Shown here in pieces: positions 7,785 to 17,088 of a stretch of 32,000 bases of DNA (the stretch's first letter is position 1; the number at the start of each line of letters is the position of its first letter). Under the pieces are notes generated by a model. That model worked only from the letters and a program-made list of their open reading frames with translations. It was not told the DNA's origin and made no database searches. The position numbers were made by a program, and so were the translations under genes. Source of the DNA: Candidatus Saganbacteria bacterium (lineage in GTDB: Bacteria > Margulisbacteria > WOR-1 > JAKLHX01); assembly GCA_026387835.1 (NCBI GenBank), contig JAPLKZ010000010.1, positions 266,379 through 298,378 of the forward strand, written 5' to 3'.

Positions 7785-9545
7785 CTAAAATGCCTGGCCG
7801 ATCGAGAAATGCAGAACGCCTTCAGAGAACATCTTATACGCGCCGACACCGAAATCAAGCCTGATGGGACCCATCGGAGTATTAAGTCTGAGACCGAAAC
7901 CCCTGCCGGATATAGAGTTGTCCAAATCGGGCCATCTGGGATGGTACCATGCTTTACCCAGATCATAGAAAAGCACTCCCTGAAATGTTTCGTTGAAAGT
8001 GTAGCGGTATTCGATATTGGCAACATATTTTTTGGTGCCGACCTGCGCCTGGGACGGATCATAGCCCCTGACCGTATTGGCACCGCCAACATAATAGAGC
8101 TCTCCGGGAGGGATATCGCCAACCCCCACGCCTACCCCAAAGTGAAAAGCAAGTACCTGTTTATCTGCCAATTTTAAGAACTGGTTCAAATCGACCGTGT
8201 TCTTTGTGAAATCGGTAGTTATATCCGGCTTGACCTTCCAGCCTTTTGTTATCCCGAAAGTCGCAAACCTTCCCGTGGACGGGTTCATCCAATTATCTCT
8301 TGTGTCATATGCCAGAGAAAACCCTATAGTGTTTGAAGTATAGGGATCAAAATATGTCACTGTCGGTTCGACCCTTTCTGAACCTAGGGTAAGAGTAACA
8401 TTCCATTCATCGTTGACGGGTTTATTTAAACTTAAGTCCCATCCGTTAAATTTCCCGTCGCTTTCAGGCTGGCCGATCAAATATACGTTCTTTCCGATCG
8501 TATACCATCTTCTTACGGTCGCCGAGACCTTATCACCAAGCTTGTCAGGCAGGAACCAGGGATACATGTACCTGAATTGATACGTAGACTGCTGCTGACC
8601 GGCCTGGCCACGGAGCAATATTCCCTGTCCGGTGCCGAAAACGTTCTCCGCACTAAGGTCGAGGAACCCGAACATTCCTTCGCGCTCTCCATAGCCGCCG
8701 CCGAAGTTGATCGTGTTGGTCTTGCTTTCTTTTACCTTAACCAGAAGTATTATCTTGTCAGGAGCAGCCGCAGGTTCGAAGTCCGGAGAAATATCCGAGA
8801 AGAATCCCAGGTTGAATATTCTTTTAAGGTCTTTTGCCAGGACCTTTTCGTTTAAGACCGTACCCGGCTTGCTTTTCATCTCCCTTAAGATCACATAATT
8901 CTTGGTCAGGGTGTTGCCGTCCAAAGCTATCTGTTCTATCGCTCCTTCGACAAGCTTAATTTGAAGGATGTCGGTGTCCGGATCGGTAGTGACGTTGACG
9001 ACCCTTTCAAGGATATATCCGTCCTTGTGATACATATCATCGATGGCCTTGATGTCTTCTTGGATAGATTTGAAAGACATTATCTCCCCCTGCTTTGAAC
9101 GCATCATGGAAAATATCTTTGCCGCGGGATAGACGCTGCATCCTTCTATTGTTATACCCTTCAGGCATGGGTTCTCGACCACATTGAAAGTCACCGCAGT
9201 GCCTTTTCTGGATTTGTTAAGATCCGTTGTCACATCCGCAAAATACCCCATTGCGTATATGGCTTTTACATCATTATTCAGACTTTGCTGGGTCATGCGG
9301 TCTCCAACGCGTATTGATACCTGCTCGAGTATTTTTCCCGACGGGATAATGAAATTACCTTTTATGTTTATTCCGGTTATAAGACTGTCAACGGTCACGG
9401 CATCTGTTTTTGTGACGGCAGGTCCGGTCAAGCTACCAAGATCTGGCGCGGACTTCAGGCTGAAATCTATCGCCAGCGAAATGCCTGACAGCAGAAAAAC
9501 CGCGGCCGAGATGCAAAATATTTTTTTCATGTCTGATACTTTCAT
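7785..9545 (-). CDS. Omp85-family outer-membrane protein assembly factor (BamA/TamA-like; POTRA repeats + C-terminal beta-barrel)
   Basis: Signal peptide, then POTRA-like repeats (for example NIKGNFIIPSGKILEQV, ITIEGCSVYPAAKIF, IALDGNTLTKNYVILREM), then a barrel ending in an aromatic terminal motif (HFSIGQAF). At 586 aa it is TamA-sized. Confidence 0.85.
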   Translation of the reverse strand: MKVSDMKKIFCISAAVFLLSGISLAIDFSLKSAPDLGSLTGPAVTKTDAVTVDSLITGINIKGNFIIPSGKILEQVSIRVGDRMTQQSLNNDVKAIYAMGYFADVTTDLNKSRKGTAVTFNVVENPCLKGITIEGCSVYPAAKIFSMMRSKQGEIMSFKSIQEDIKAIDDMYHKDGYILERVVNVTTDPDTDILQIKLVEGAIEQIALDGNTLTKNYVILREMKSKPGTVLNEKVLAKDLKRIFNLGFFSDISPDFEPAAAPDKIILLVKVKESKTNTINFGGGYGEREGMFGFLDLSAENVFGTGQGILLRGQAGQQQSTYQFRYMYPWFLPDKLGDKVSATVRRWYTIGKNVYLIGQPESDGKFNGWDLSLNKPVNDEWNVTLTLGSERVEPTVTYFDPYTSNTIGFSLAYDTRDNWMNPSTGRFATFGITKGWKVKPDITTDFTKNTVDLNQFLKLADKQVLAFHFGVGVGVGDIPPGELYYVGGANTVRGYDPSQAQVGTKKYVANIEYRYTFNETFQGVLFYDLGKAWYHPRWPDLDNSISGRGFGLRLNTPMGPIRLDFGVGAYKMFSEGVLHFSIGQAF

Positions 9546-9554
9546 TTTACTTTA

Positions 9555-9563
9555 ATTATACAA
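9555..9563 (-). promoter_or_regulatory. TATAAT -10 element (TTGTATAAT) 9 nt upstream of the Omp85 gene ATG
   Basis: Minus strand reads TTGTATAAT, TAAAGTAAA, ATG(9545). No Shine-Dalgarno. Confidence 0.35.
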
Positions 9564-9582
9564 ATTTATCCACACCTTGTTT

Positions 9583-12500
9583 TCAAAAAACGTACGCGTA
9601 CTGAAGCATGAGCTTGTAATATGTAACGCTCCAATCCTTGATATAAGGCATCGGTTCCCTGTAATAAGCCAGCGAATAATATCTGTCGATCTTCCAGGAT
9701 ATCTGATAATTGAAAGATGAATTGTTGTAAACCGTGTTCTGCTGCGTTGACTGCGCGTACTTCAACTGAATAAATATTTTATCAAAAAAGCCCTTAGCTA
9801 TGCCCACGGCCAGCTGTGGTTTGTCTGTATATCCGTACTCTCCGCGTCTTGTCGGAAGGTATTTTTCAAGGTCTCGTCCGAAATTGTAGTCCAGCGTAAA
9901 GCTCTCGAGCCCCAGCGCTTTTTCCACATTGCCTGTTATACTTTTTACAAGATATGAGTTTATGCTGGAGTTAAGGTAATCCACGAGTATCGCGTTCGTA
10001 TCCATAACCCCGCCCGTATTTGACAGGTTCAACGTGTCCCTGACAAAATCAGGCAGTATTATCTCTCTTATTTTATTCTGGTCATAAGTAGTGCTGACCA
10101 TCGGCGGTGTTTTTGAGGCGTCTTCCTTGAACGCGAAAAACTGGATGTTTAAAGGTCTCGCTTTTTCTTTGTCCGAAGGAATGCCGGTCGCTCTTGTCAG
10201 GACATATACTTTTTGCTGGGTATATTCCTGCGGCACACCGCTGTCGATCCCTGACGCAGGAGGCGTGGATTGAGCAACTTTTTCTTTTACCTTGACCTCG
10301 CTCTGCGCCGTGATCGACAGATAAGGCAGAGCAGAGGTTAAACCGCTGCCCCCCGAGAATATGGCTGTGTTTTTCATGATCATTGACCTGTTCAAGCTGA
10401 AATATTGCTCTTGTTTATCTTCGGATAGGATATTAAAATCCCTTCCCAGGATGTTAACCGTACCGCTTTTTATATCTACGTCTCCTATGATTGTCGGGGA
10501 TGACAGGAAACCTTTTAACTCAAGATTTTCAGAGGCTACTTCAAGGTTAATATTAGACATGTCCAGAGAGATCGGCCTGTTCGACTCCCCCTGGACAAGA
10601 TAGACCGATTTGCCGATATTAAGATCGACATCAAAACCGATGTCGACAAAAGGAGCTGCGTCGTTTTGTTTTCCCTGTGGGATTATTACCTTACCGTCAT
10701 GTATGTTAAGGTCTGCTGACAAAACAGCTTTTTGCCTCTTGCTTAATGACCCGTCCATTGATAGCGTGCCTTTCAGGCTCAGGCGCCTCAAATCCGCCTG
10801 CCCGGAATAAAACCCGGGGATGCCGACCGAACCTGTCACGGGAGCTGCTGCGATATTCAGCCAGATCTGTTTTTTGCCGATCAGGTCTGCGAGATCGATA
10901 TCTCCCGCGATAGAAAAAACATCGGATTTTTTCAGTGTCCTGTCTCCCGAGATAGTGCCGGAAAATCTTTTTATCGTCATATAGCTGTCCACTATCTTTA
11001 TGTCCGCGTCAAAGTCATACAAAGTCGATCTGATCTGGTCGATATTGACTACAGCATCATTTATAACGACACTTCCGTTTATTAAAGGTTTATCTATTGT
11101 CCCGCTTAAGTCGAGATCTACTTGCCCTCCTCCCGAAGTCCAACTCACCCCTTTAAACAGCGTAACAAGAAGTCCGGCATTGTCCCCGGCCAGATCTATC
11201 TTGATGTCGATATTTTTTCCCGAGACAAAAGGCATCCTGCCTTTTATAGAAGCTTTCTGCTTGCCGTTGCGTATATCAAGCTCCTCGATATCCAGCATGC
11301 CTCCGGAGTAACGGGCTTTTGAATAAAGGCTTTCGACATAAAAACCTCCCACGGTTGTTTTGCTTATAGAAAAGACGGCATTGATATTGGGATCGAAATA
11401 TTTGCCGTTTGCAGAAGCTTTAACTGTGAGCCTGCCGTCTATAGGAAAAGAAAGGCCGGTCGCGGTCTCTATCTTTTCCGCCGGAAGGTCTTTGGCGGAA
11501 ACATTCAGATCTATAGGACCTTTAACATCGATCATGCCCGATGCATCAAGATTTCCTCCATGATCTTTCAATGACAGGCCATTCAGGTATATTTTCCCGC
11601 TTTTATATGAGCCGGATACATCCAGGCTGTCAAAATCATATTGCCCCAACAGACCGTTGATTATCCTGACCGAGCCTTTGACTTCAACATCCGCTCCCCT
11701 GCCTTTTACAAATATGTTCGCTCCAAGCAAGCCGGATATTTTAAGTTTTGAAATATCGAGCGCGCGCTGCTGTTCTGCCGACGGTTTGACGCTCTTTGTC
11801 CATGCCTTCAGAAAAGCGTTATCCGGAGTGAACAAAACGTCTCCTTTTTGTGATCTATATCCTGACAGATCAGGGAACGAAATATCATCTTTTCTTATCG
11901 CCACCTTTATCGGGGCTTTGTCCGCAGATCCGATCATCCTCAACGCTTCGGAATAGACCATGCTGCTGATCTGGACCGCTGTACTTAACCCGCCCCTGTT
12001 TGTATAGATCTGACCGGAGTAAGACGGCTCTTTCCCGTTAAGGTCCAGCTCTGCGGAGACAGAATATCTGTCAGCGCCCTGACTGATGATAACCGGTCCT
12101 TCGACGGAAATGAATTTATCTTTATACTTTATTGTTCCGTCTAACCTATCCAGCTTTATCTCATTAAAGACAAGGTCTTTTACTCTAAAATTGAGCAAGG
12201 CCAAGGGATGAGAGAATTTCCCGCTGATATTTCCGTTGAACACGGCGCACCCATTGATCCTTGCGAACCTCTGTGTGAGCGGCCTGAGCCTTGCAAGATC
12301 GATATTTCCGCTTAAGTTTATGTCCGCTTTATCATCAAGCCCGGCCTTGCCGGATATAGAAATGTTAGAGTCGCTGTTTGTCAGGGTGATATTCTTTATC
12401 TCGAGTTTCTTTTCCTTTAATTGGAACGATGCTTTTGCCGTTTTGACCTCTTCGCCTGATAATATCGCATCCTTAAGTTCCATCTCGCATGAAACATCAA

Positions 12501-14232
12501 GCCCCTGCAGGATCTCAAGAGGTGTAGTCCCTTTGTCCGGCACTCCTTTTATTGCGACGTTCACATCCAGCAAACCTTTATTACTTCCTCTTTCGGAGGG
12601 TGCGAATTTGTCAATGATCTTAAAGTCGGCCACATTGGCATTCTTGGCCCTGATCATTATCGAGGAGGCCGTGCCTCTCGCAAGTGCCCCGCTGGCCTCT
12701 ATCTTAGAGTCACCGGCAAATAAAATAAACTTTTTTAGTTCAAAAGCTCCCTTTTTCAGTGAGGCCTGCGCCTCTGCAGAAGTAATGTCCTGCATAGATA
12801 TCCTTGCGTCCGAAATTTTCATCTGTGCATCAAAATTGATATTTTGAAACGGTCTTTTGAACAAGGAATCGTCGATCCGGCCAGAAATATTTCCTTCAAA
12901 ATAATCGAGGGTCCCTCGTACGCCATCCAGGAAATACGGGTTGCTGACACTGAATCTGCTTGCCGAAGCCCTGGCATAAAATGAAAGGTCCTTTTCTATC
13001 CTGCCGGAAGAGACGACCTTGGACTGCCCGTTGAATATTTCGACCCGGTCAAACGTGACGCATCCCCTCTCAAAAACAGCTGTGCCAGTTATCCTGTCGG
13101 CGTTTTGACCTGCAAGTGACGCATCAGAAAGAGAAGCTTCTGCTGTTAAATTGACATTCTCGCCAGCTCCGTTTATCAGGACGTTCCCGCTTGCAAGTCC
13201 TTTTGTTCCGGCAAGACCGCCGGAAAGTTTTTTCAGATCAGCTTTCGAAAAATTGACCTCCCCGTTAATAAGGGGTGTTTTTACCGCGAATAGCACAGCC
13301 AGGTTACCCGTTGTTGTCCCGCCGCAGAATGTTCCATTATCAGAACCGAGAACTAACCTTTTTTCATCAAAAGATATGTCAATTTTTCCGGAAAACGGTC
13401 TCCCATATATGTTCCCGTCAGAAATGCTTACGCTTCCTTTTATAAACATCTTCGGAAGTGTCTGGATATCAAGACTGACTGCGGTTTTACCGTTAAGGTC
13501 TGTAGCTTTTACGGCCGGGATCGCAAGATACTTGATCCACGGATTTGCTTTGAGCCCGGCAGCCGTCAATTTTATCCTTGCCCTTGAAGTTTTCAGGTTT
13601 ATTTTGCCTTCCGATCTTATCGGGGCCCCGTCCGACAGGCATGAAACCGCAAAAAATATCTTGTCTTTTTTGCTAAGATCGGCAGTCCCTGTCACATTGG
13701 CGATCTTTGAGACAAACGGCTGTTTGAGGTGTTCGGGACCGAATCCGGAAAGGTCCCTGAAATCTACGGTGCCGTTACGGATGAAGATCTTGCCCTTGAA
13801 CGGAGGAGGAGGGGCCCCGCCGCCGCCGGGATCCAGCAATTTCGCAAGGTTCCACGAACCGTCCTTTTCATGCTCCAAATAGACCTTAGGTTCGAAAACC
13901 TCGATCTTCCCTATAGCAGAGATAATGTCTTTTACCGCAAGCACCCGGATCACGTTGTAATGGACTTTCGCCCTTTTTATGGTTATTACGCTTCCCTGTG
14001 ACAGTTTTTTGAACTTCGCGATCCTGACATCGTTCAAAGTAATAGAGTCCAAAAGTATCTCATCGACCGAACCGACCGAGATCTCCCTGCCCATCATCGC
14101 GGACGCTTGTTTTGATATTTCTTCTTTTATGTTTGAGAAAATAGGGTTCTCAATATTGAAAAAGGGGATGCTTTGGGCGCAGGAAAACGTCAATAAAAAG
14201 ATAATACATCCACAACAGATCTTTTTGATCAT
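9583..14232 (-). CDS. tamB: TamB-like translocation and assembly module protein (AsmA-like/DUF490-type, 1549 aa)
   Basis: N-terminal signal-anchor helix, a very long repetitive beta-rich body, a C-terminal region typical of TamB, and adjacency to the Omp85 gene. Confidence 0.75.
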   Translation of the reverse strand: MIKKICCGCIIFLLTFSCAQSIPFFNIENPIFSNIKEEISKQASAMMGREISVGSVDEILLDSITLNDVRIAKFKKLSQGSVITIKRAKVHYNVIRVLAVKDIISAIGKIEVFEPKVYLEHEKDGSWNLAKLLDPGGGGAPPPPFKGKIFIRNGTVDFRDLSGFGPEHLKQPFVSKIANVTGTADLSKKDKIFFAVSCLSDGAPIRSEGKINLKTSRARIKLTAAGLKANPWIKYLAIPAVKATDLNGKTAVSLDIQTLPKMFIKGSVSISDGNIYGRPFSGKIDISFDEKRLVLGSDNGTFCGGTTTGNLAVLFAVKTPLINGEVNFSKADLKKLSGGLAGTKGLASGNVLINGAGENVNLTAEASLSDASLAGQNADRITGTAVFERGCVTFDRVEIFNGQSKVVSSGRIEKDLSFYARASASRFSVSNPYFLDGVRGTLDYFEGNISGRIDDSLFKRPFQNINFDAQMKISDARISMQDITSAEAQASLKKGAFELKKFILFAGDSKIEASGALARGTASSIMIRAKNANVADFKIIDKFAPSERGSNKGLLDVNVAIKGVPDKGTTPLEILQGLDVSCEMELKDAILSGEEVKTAKASFQLKEKKLEIKNITLTNSDSNISISGKAGLDDKADINLSGNIDLARLRPLTQRFARINGCAVFNGNISGKFSHPLALLNFRVKDLVFNEIKLDRLDGTIKYKDKFISVEGPVIISQGADRYSVSAELDLNGKEPSYSGQIYTNRGGLSTAVQISSMVYSEALRMIGSADKAPIKVAIRKDDISFPDLSGYRSQKGDVLFTPDNAFLKAWTKSVKPSAEQQRALDISKLKISGLLGANIFVKGRGADVEVKGSVRIINGLLGQYDFDSLDVSGSYKSGKIYLNGLSLKDHGGNLDASGMIDVKGPIDLNVSAKDLPAEKIETATGLSFPIDGRLTVKASANGKYFDPNINAVFSISKTTVGGFYVESLYSKARYSGGMLDIEELDIRNGKQKASIKGRMPFVSGKNIDIKIDLAGDNAGLLVTLFKGVSWTSGGGQVDLDLSGTIDKPLINGSVVINDAVVNIDQIRSTLYDFDADIKIVDSYMTIKRFSGTISGDRTLKKSDVFSIAGDIDLADLIGKKQIWLNIAAAPVTGSVGIPGFYSGQADLRRLSLKGTLSMDGSLSKRQKAVLSADLNIHDGKVIIPQGKQNDAAPFVDIGFDVDLNIGKSVYLVQGESNRPISLDMSNINLEVASENLELKGFLSSPTIIGDVDIKSGTVNILGRDFNILSEDKQEQYFSLNRSMIMKNTAIFSGGSGLTSALPYLSITAQSEVKVKEKVAQSTPPASGIDSGVPQEYTQQKVYVLTRATGIPSDKEKARPLNIQFFAFKEDASKTPPMVSTTYDQNKIREIILPDFVRDTLNLSNTGGVMDTNAILVDYLNSSINSYLVKSITGNVEKALGLESFTLDYNFGRDLEKYLPTRRGEYGYTDKPQLAVGIAKGFFDKIFIQLKYAQSTQQNTVYNNSSFNYQISWKIDRYYSLAYYREPMPYIKDWSVTYYKLMLQYAYVF

Positions 14233-14239
14233 TAGAAAA

Positions 14240-14248
14240 ATTATAACA
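14240..14248 (-). promoter_or_regulatory. Extended -10 element (TGTTATAAT) 7 nt upstream of the tamB ATG (leaderless geometry)
   Basis: Minus strand reads TGTTATAAT, TTTTCTA, ATG(14232). No Shine-Dalgarno. Confidence 0.45.
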
Positions 14249-14284
14249 CCTAATATATTTCGTGGAAAGGAGATTTTTCGGGGT

Positions 14285-15346
14285 CTATAACAAGCTTATC
14301 TGCGAGGCCGGCTGCTGAACATCTTTTTGATTTCTTGCCTGCGGAGGCGTTTTGCCGATATGCCGGTAAGCTGCTTCTGTAAGGACCCTTCCTTTTGGCG
14401 TGCGGTCCAAAAATCCTATCTGCATGAGATACGGTTCATAGACGTCTTCTATCGTGCCGGGATCTTCGCTTATCGCCGCAGATATGGTATCAACGCCTAC
14501 AGGACCGCCGGAAAATTTTTCAGCGATGACAAGAAGGATCTTACGGTCGACATTGTCCAGCCCCAGTTCATCTACGTCAAGATGCTTCAGGGCGGAAGCG
14601 GCGACTTCTTTTGTGATGGAACCGCCCGCTTTTACCTGGCACCAGTCCCTGACGCGCCTTAGAAGCCTGTTGGCTATGCGAGGTGTCCCCCTTGCTCTTC
14701 TTGCGATGGCAAGCGCACCTTCTTTGTCAATATGGACACTCAGTATCTCAGCAGCTGCTTCAATTATTTTTGTAAGCTCCTGAGGAGTGTAAAATTCCAG
14801 CCTGGAGATCATCCCGAACCTGTCGCGGAACGGCCCCGTCAACAGGCCTATCCGTGTCGTAGCGCCTATCAGCGTGAACTTCGGAAGGTCAAGCCTTATG
14901 GACCTTGCGCTCGGACCTTTGCCGATCACTATATCAAGGCCGAAATCCTCCATCGCCGGGTATAATATTTCTTCAACCACTTTGTTCAGGCGGTGTATCT
15001 CGTCAATAAAAAGGACATCATTCTCGGAGAGGTTGGTAAGTATCGCCGCGAGGTCCCCGGGCCTCTCGATTGCCGGGCCGGAAGTCGTTTTGATATTGAC
15101 TCCCATCTCGTTCGCCAGGATGTTCGCGAGGGTCGTCTTGCCAAGCCCGGGAGGACCGTAGAGCAGAATATGCTCCAGTGTCTCGCCGCGCTTTTTAGCG
15201 GCGTCCATGACGACCGTTATGCTTTCTTTGACTTTTTCCTGGCCGATATAGTTGTCTATCCTGCGCGGCCGTAGCCCGCTGAAAGCGGCGTCTTCATCGC
15301 TTCTCCCCAGAGTGACGATCCTGCTTTTATCCTCGTTCATTGACAT
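14285..15346 (-). CDS. ruvB: Holliday junction branch-migration helicase RuvB
   Basis: Walker [12 protein letters not shown], Walker [10 protein letters not shown], and an overall RuvB-like sequence. The true start may be the second ATG at 15340 (see the promoter at 15348-15356). Confidence 0.93.
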   Translation of the reverse strand: MSMNEDKSRIVTLGRSDEDAAFSGLRPRRIDNYIGQEKVKESITVVMDAAKKRGETLEHILLYGPPGLGKTTLANILANEMGVNIKTTSGPAIERPGDLAAILTNLSENDVLFIDEIHRLNKVVEEILYPAMEDFGLDIVIGKGPSARSIRLDLPKFTLIGATTRIGLLTGPFRDRFGMISRLEFYTPQELTKIIEAAAEILSVHIDKEGALAIARRARGTPRIANRLLRRVRDWCQVKAGGSITKEVAASALKHLDVDELGLDNVDRKILLVIAEKFSGGPVGVDTISAAISEDPGTIEDVYEPYLMQIGFLDRTPKGRVLTEAAYRHIGKTPPQARNQKDVQQPASQISLL

Positions 15347-15347
15347 A

Positions 15348-15356
15348 AGTTTATCA
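15348..15356 (-). promoter_or_regulatory. Extended -10-like element (TGATAAACT) 7 nt upstream of the second in-frame ATG of ruvB
   Basis: Minus strand reads TGATAAACT, T, ATG TCA ATG. The -10 element lies 1 nt from ATG 15346 and 7 nt from ATG 15340. Confidence 0.3.
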
Positions 15357-15376
15357 TAGAAAAGGCGGTATAGCCC

Positions 15377-17035
15377 TTAACTTTGGCCATAGATCCTTAT
15401 ATACTGCCAGTAGCTTTCAAGGACTTTTTTTACGTACAATTTTGTCTCGGCTAACGGGATGCTTTCAACAAACTCGTCGATATCGGAATGATCGATCCTG
15501 TTCAGCCATTTATCCACATTGCCCGCTCCTCCGTTATATGAGGCTAGCGCAAGATATTTATCTCCGCCGAATCTTTTAAGCAGCTGTGAAAGATAATAGA
15601 CCCCCATTTTAATATTCAAGTTGGGATTGAAAAGATATTTCGTCCTGTAAGGCCTGAGATAAAGCCTTGTTGCTATCCCTCTTCCTGTACGGGGCATTAT
15701 CTGAGCAAGGCCTCTCGCGCTTGACCTTGAAACAGCTCTGGGGTTAAAGCGGCTTTCTTCCCTGATCAGCGCGAACACAAGGTACGGATCGACGCCGTAT
15801 TTTTCGGCGACGGCAAATACCTGGCTCTTAAAAGCTGTCGGATAAGCAAGGTTCATCGCGAGATATTTTTCGCTGTCGAGATCCGTAGAATAGAAATCGT
15901 ACTCTCCGGCCTTTTCAAGTGTTTTTATGGAGTGATAATAGTTCTTCTGCAGATTGAGTAAAAGAGAGAGGCATAGCTTTCCGGTCTTTATGTCTCGCTC
16001 GCTTGAGCTTGAATAGACCATTGTTTTTGCTTCGCTGGCCGCATCTTCAAAATATTTTATGCTGAGGAGCTCTTTAAATTTTTCAAAGTGGATATTGGCT
16101 ATTGCCAGCTCGCTGAGCTTCGGAAGGCTGACTCCCGACTCCGGGACACTTTGGACCTGGTAATTAAGGATCTGGCAGGCGCGCATGCCATAATACGTGT
16201 ACGGATAATTTACAGTTATATACTCTAATAGTTTGTGCTGCTCGCCGACCAGGCCGGCTTTTTCGGCACTCTTTGCCCGCCAAAAAACGCATTTTGAGAC
16301 TATCCGCGGATCGGCATCTCCGGGATACTGCCCGAGCTTTATAAAAGCACTTTCAAAATCCCCGCTCTTGTAGAGAATAAATCCTTCGCGCCAAACTTCG
16401 TTTGCTGAGTCATCAGGAGAAATGTCTACTGCAAAAAGTGACCTGGTCTGCTTATATATTTGCTGCACCGAGCTTAATATCGAAACTGCTCCCATCTGAT
16501 TTATTTTTTTCTTTGAGACCTTCGTTGTCCTGCTCTTGGGATAATTTACCACTATTTCCGAATAGCGTTCTGCGGCCTCGTCCAAATATCCCAGTTTCTC
16601 AAGACACTGCGCTGCCCTGAAAATGACCACGTCCCTGGAAAAGACCGGGACATTGAAAGAAAGGGATTTTTCAAAATTGGCTATCGCGTTTAAAAAGTCG
16701 CCTTTTCCGGCATACAGCTCGCCGAGCCTGTAATACGCCTTGCCGACAAAAACGCTCTCAGGGAATTTATTTGTCAGATTGGTATATTCTATTTCGGCCT
16801 GTTGTTTATTGCCCGAGACGTCAAATGCCGCTGCCAGTCTGAACGCTGCATGATCATTAAGGATATACGAATCATTTTCTGCCAAAGGCGCAAGCATGTT
16901 CACTGCCTGCTGGAACCTGCCTTTATTGATAAAATAACAGGCTTTTTTATAATCGGCCGAGGACTGTGAGTAACAAAATGATGTGCCGGAAAGAATTACT
17001 GCAAATATTAATCCTAGAACTCCGGAGTTTTTCAT
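15377..17035 (-). CDS. Soluble lytic murein transglycosylase (N-terminal TPR-like repeats + C-terminal SLT domain)
   Basis: SLT catalytic motif ALIREESRFNPRAVSRSSARGLAQIMP. N-terminal signal peptide. Helical repeat region. Confidence 0.85.
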   Translation of the reverse strand: MKNSGVLGLIFAVILSGTSFCYSQSSADYKKACYFINKGRFQQAVNMLAPLAENDSYILNDHAAFRLAAAFDVSGNKQQAEIEYTNLTNKFPESVFVGKAYYRLGELYAGKGDFLNAIANFEKSLSFNVPVFSRDVVIFRAAQCLEKLGYLDEAAERYSEIVVNYPKSRTTKVSKKKINQMGAVSILSSVQQIYKQTRSLFAVDISPDDSANEVWREGFILYKSGDFESAFIKLGQYPGDADPRIVSKCVFWRAKSAEKAGLVGEQHKLLEYITVNYPYTYYGMRACQILNYQVQSVPESGVSLPKLSELAIANIHFEKFKELLSIKYFEDAASEAKTMVYSSSSERDIKTGKLCLSLLLNLQKNYYHSIKTLEKAGEYDFYSTDLDSEKYLAMNLAYPTAFKSQVFAVAEKYGVDPYLVFALIREESRFNPRAVSRSSARGLAQIMPRTGRGIATRLYLRPYRTKYLFNPNLNIKMGVYYLSQLLKRFGGDKYLALASYNGGAGNVDKWLNRIDHSDIDEFVESIPLAETKLYVKKVLESYWQYIRIYGQS

Positions 17036-17042
17036 CAGAACT

Positions 17043-17051
17043 ATTCTATCA
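17043..17051 (-). promoter_or_regulatory. Extended -10 element (TGATAGAAT) 7 nt upstream of the transglycosylase ATG (leaderless geometry)
   Basis: Minus strand reads TGATAGAAT, AGTTCTG, ATG(17035). No Shine-Dalgarno. Confidence 0.45.
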
Positions 17052-17088
17052 CTTTTCCGAAATTTTACACTGCTTTTTTTGAAGTATA

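Noticed and set aside
9566-9574. Perfect DnaA-box consensus TTATCCACA in the tamB/Omp85 intergenic region, near the rsmG-parA-parB cluster that often flanks oriC
   Set aside because: It is a single box. I found no cluster of further boxes, no adjacent AT-rich unwinding element, and no dnaA or dnaN in the window. One 9-mer match is compatible with chance, so it is not called as an origin.
12236-13882. Long plus-strand ORFs (12236-12847, 203 aa; 13151-13882, 243 aa) and many shorter ones antisense to tamB
   Set aside because: They lie entirely inside the strongly supported 1549-aa minus-strand gene. Their products are Ser/Leu/Pro/Phe-rich and low-complexity, as expected of shadow frames, and they have no Shine-Dalgarno or promoter.
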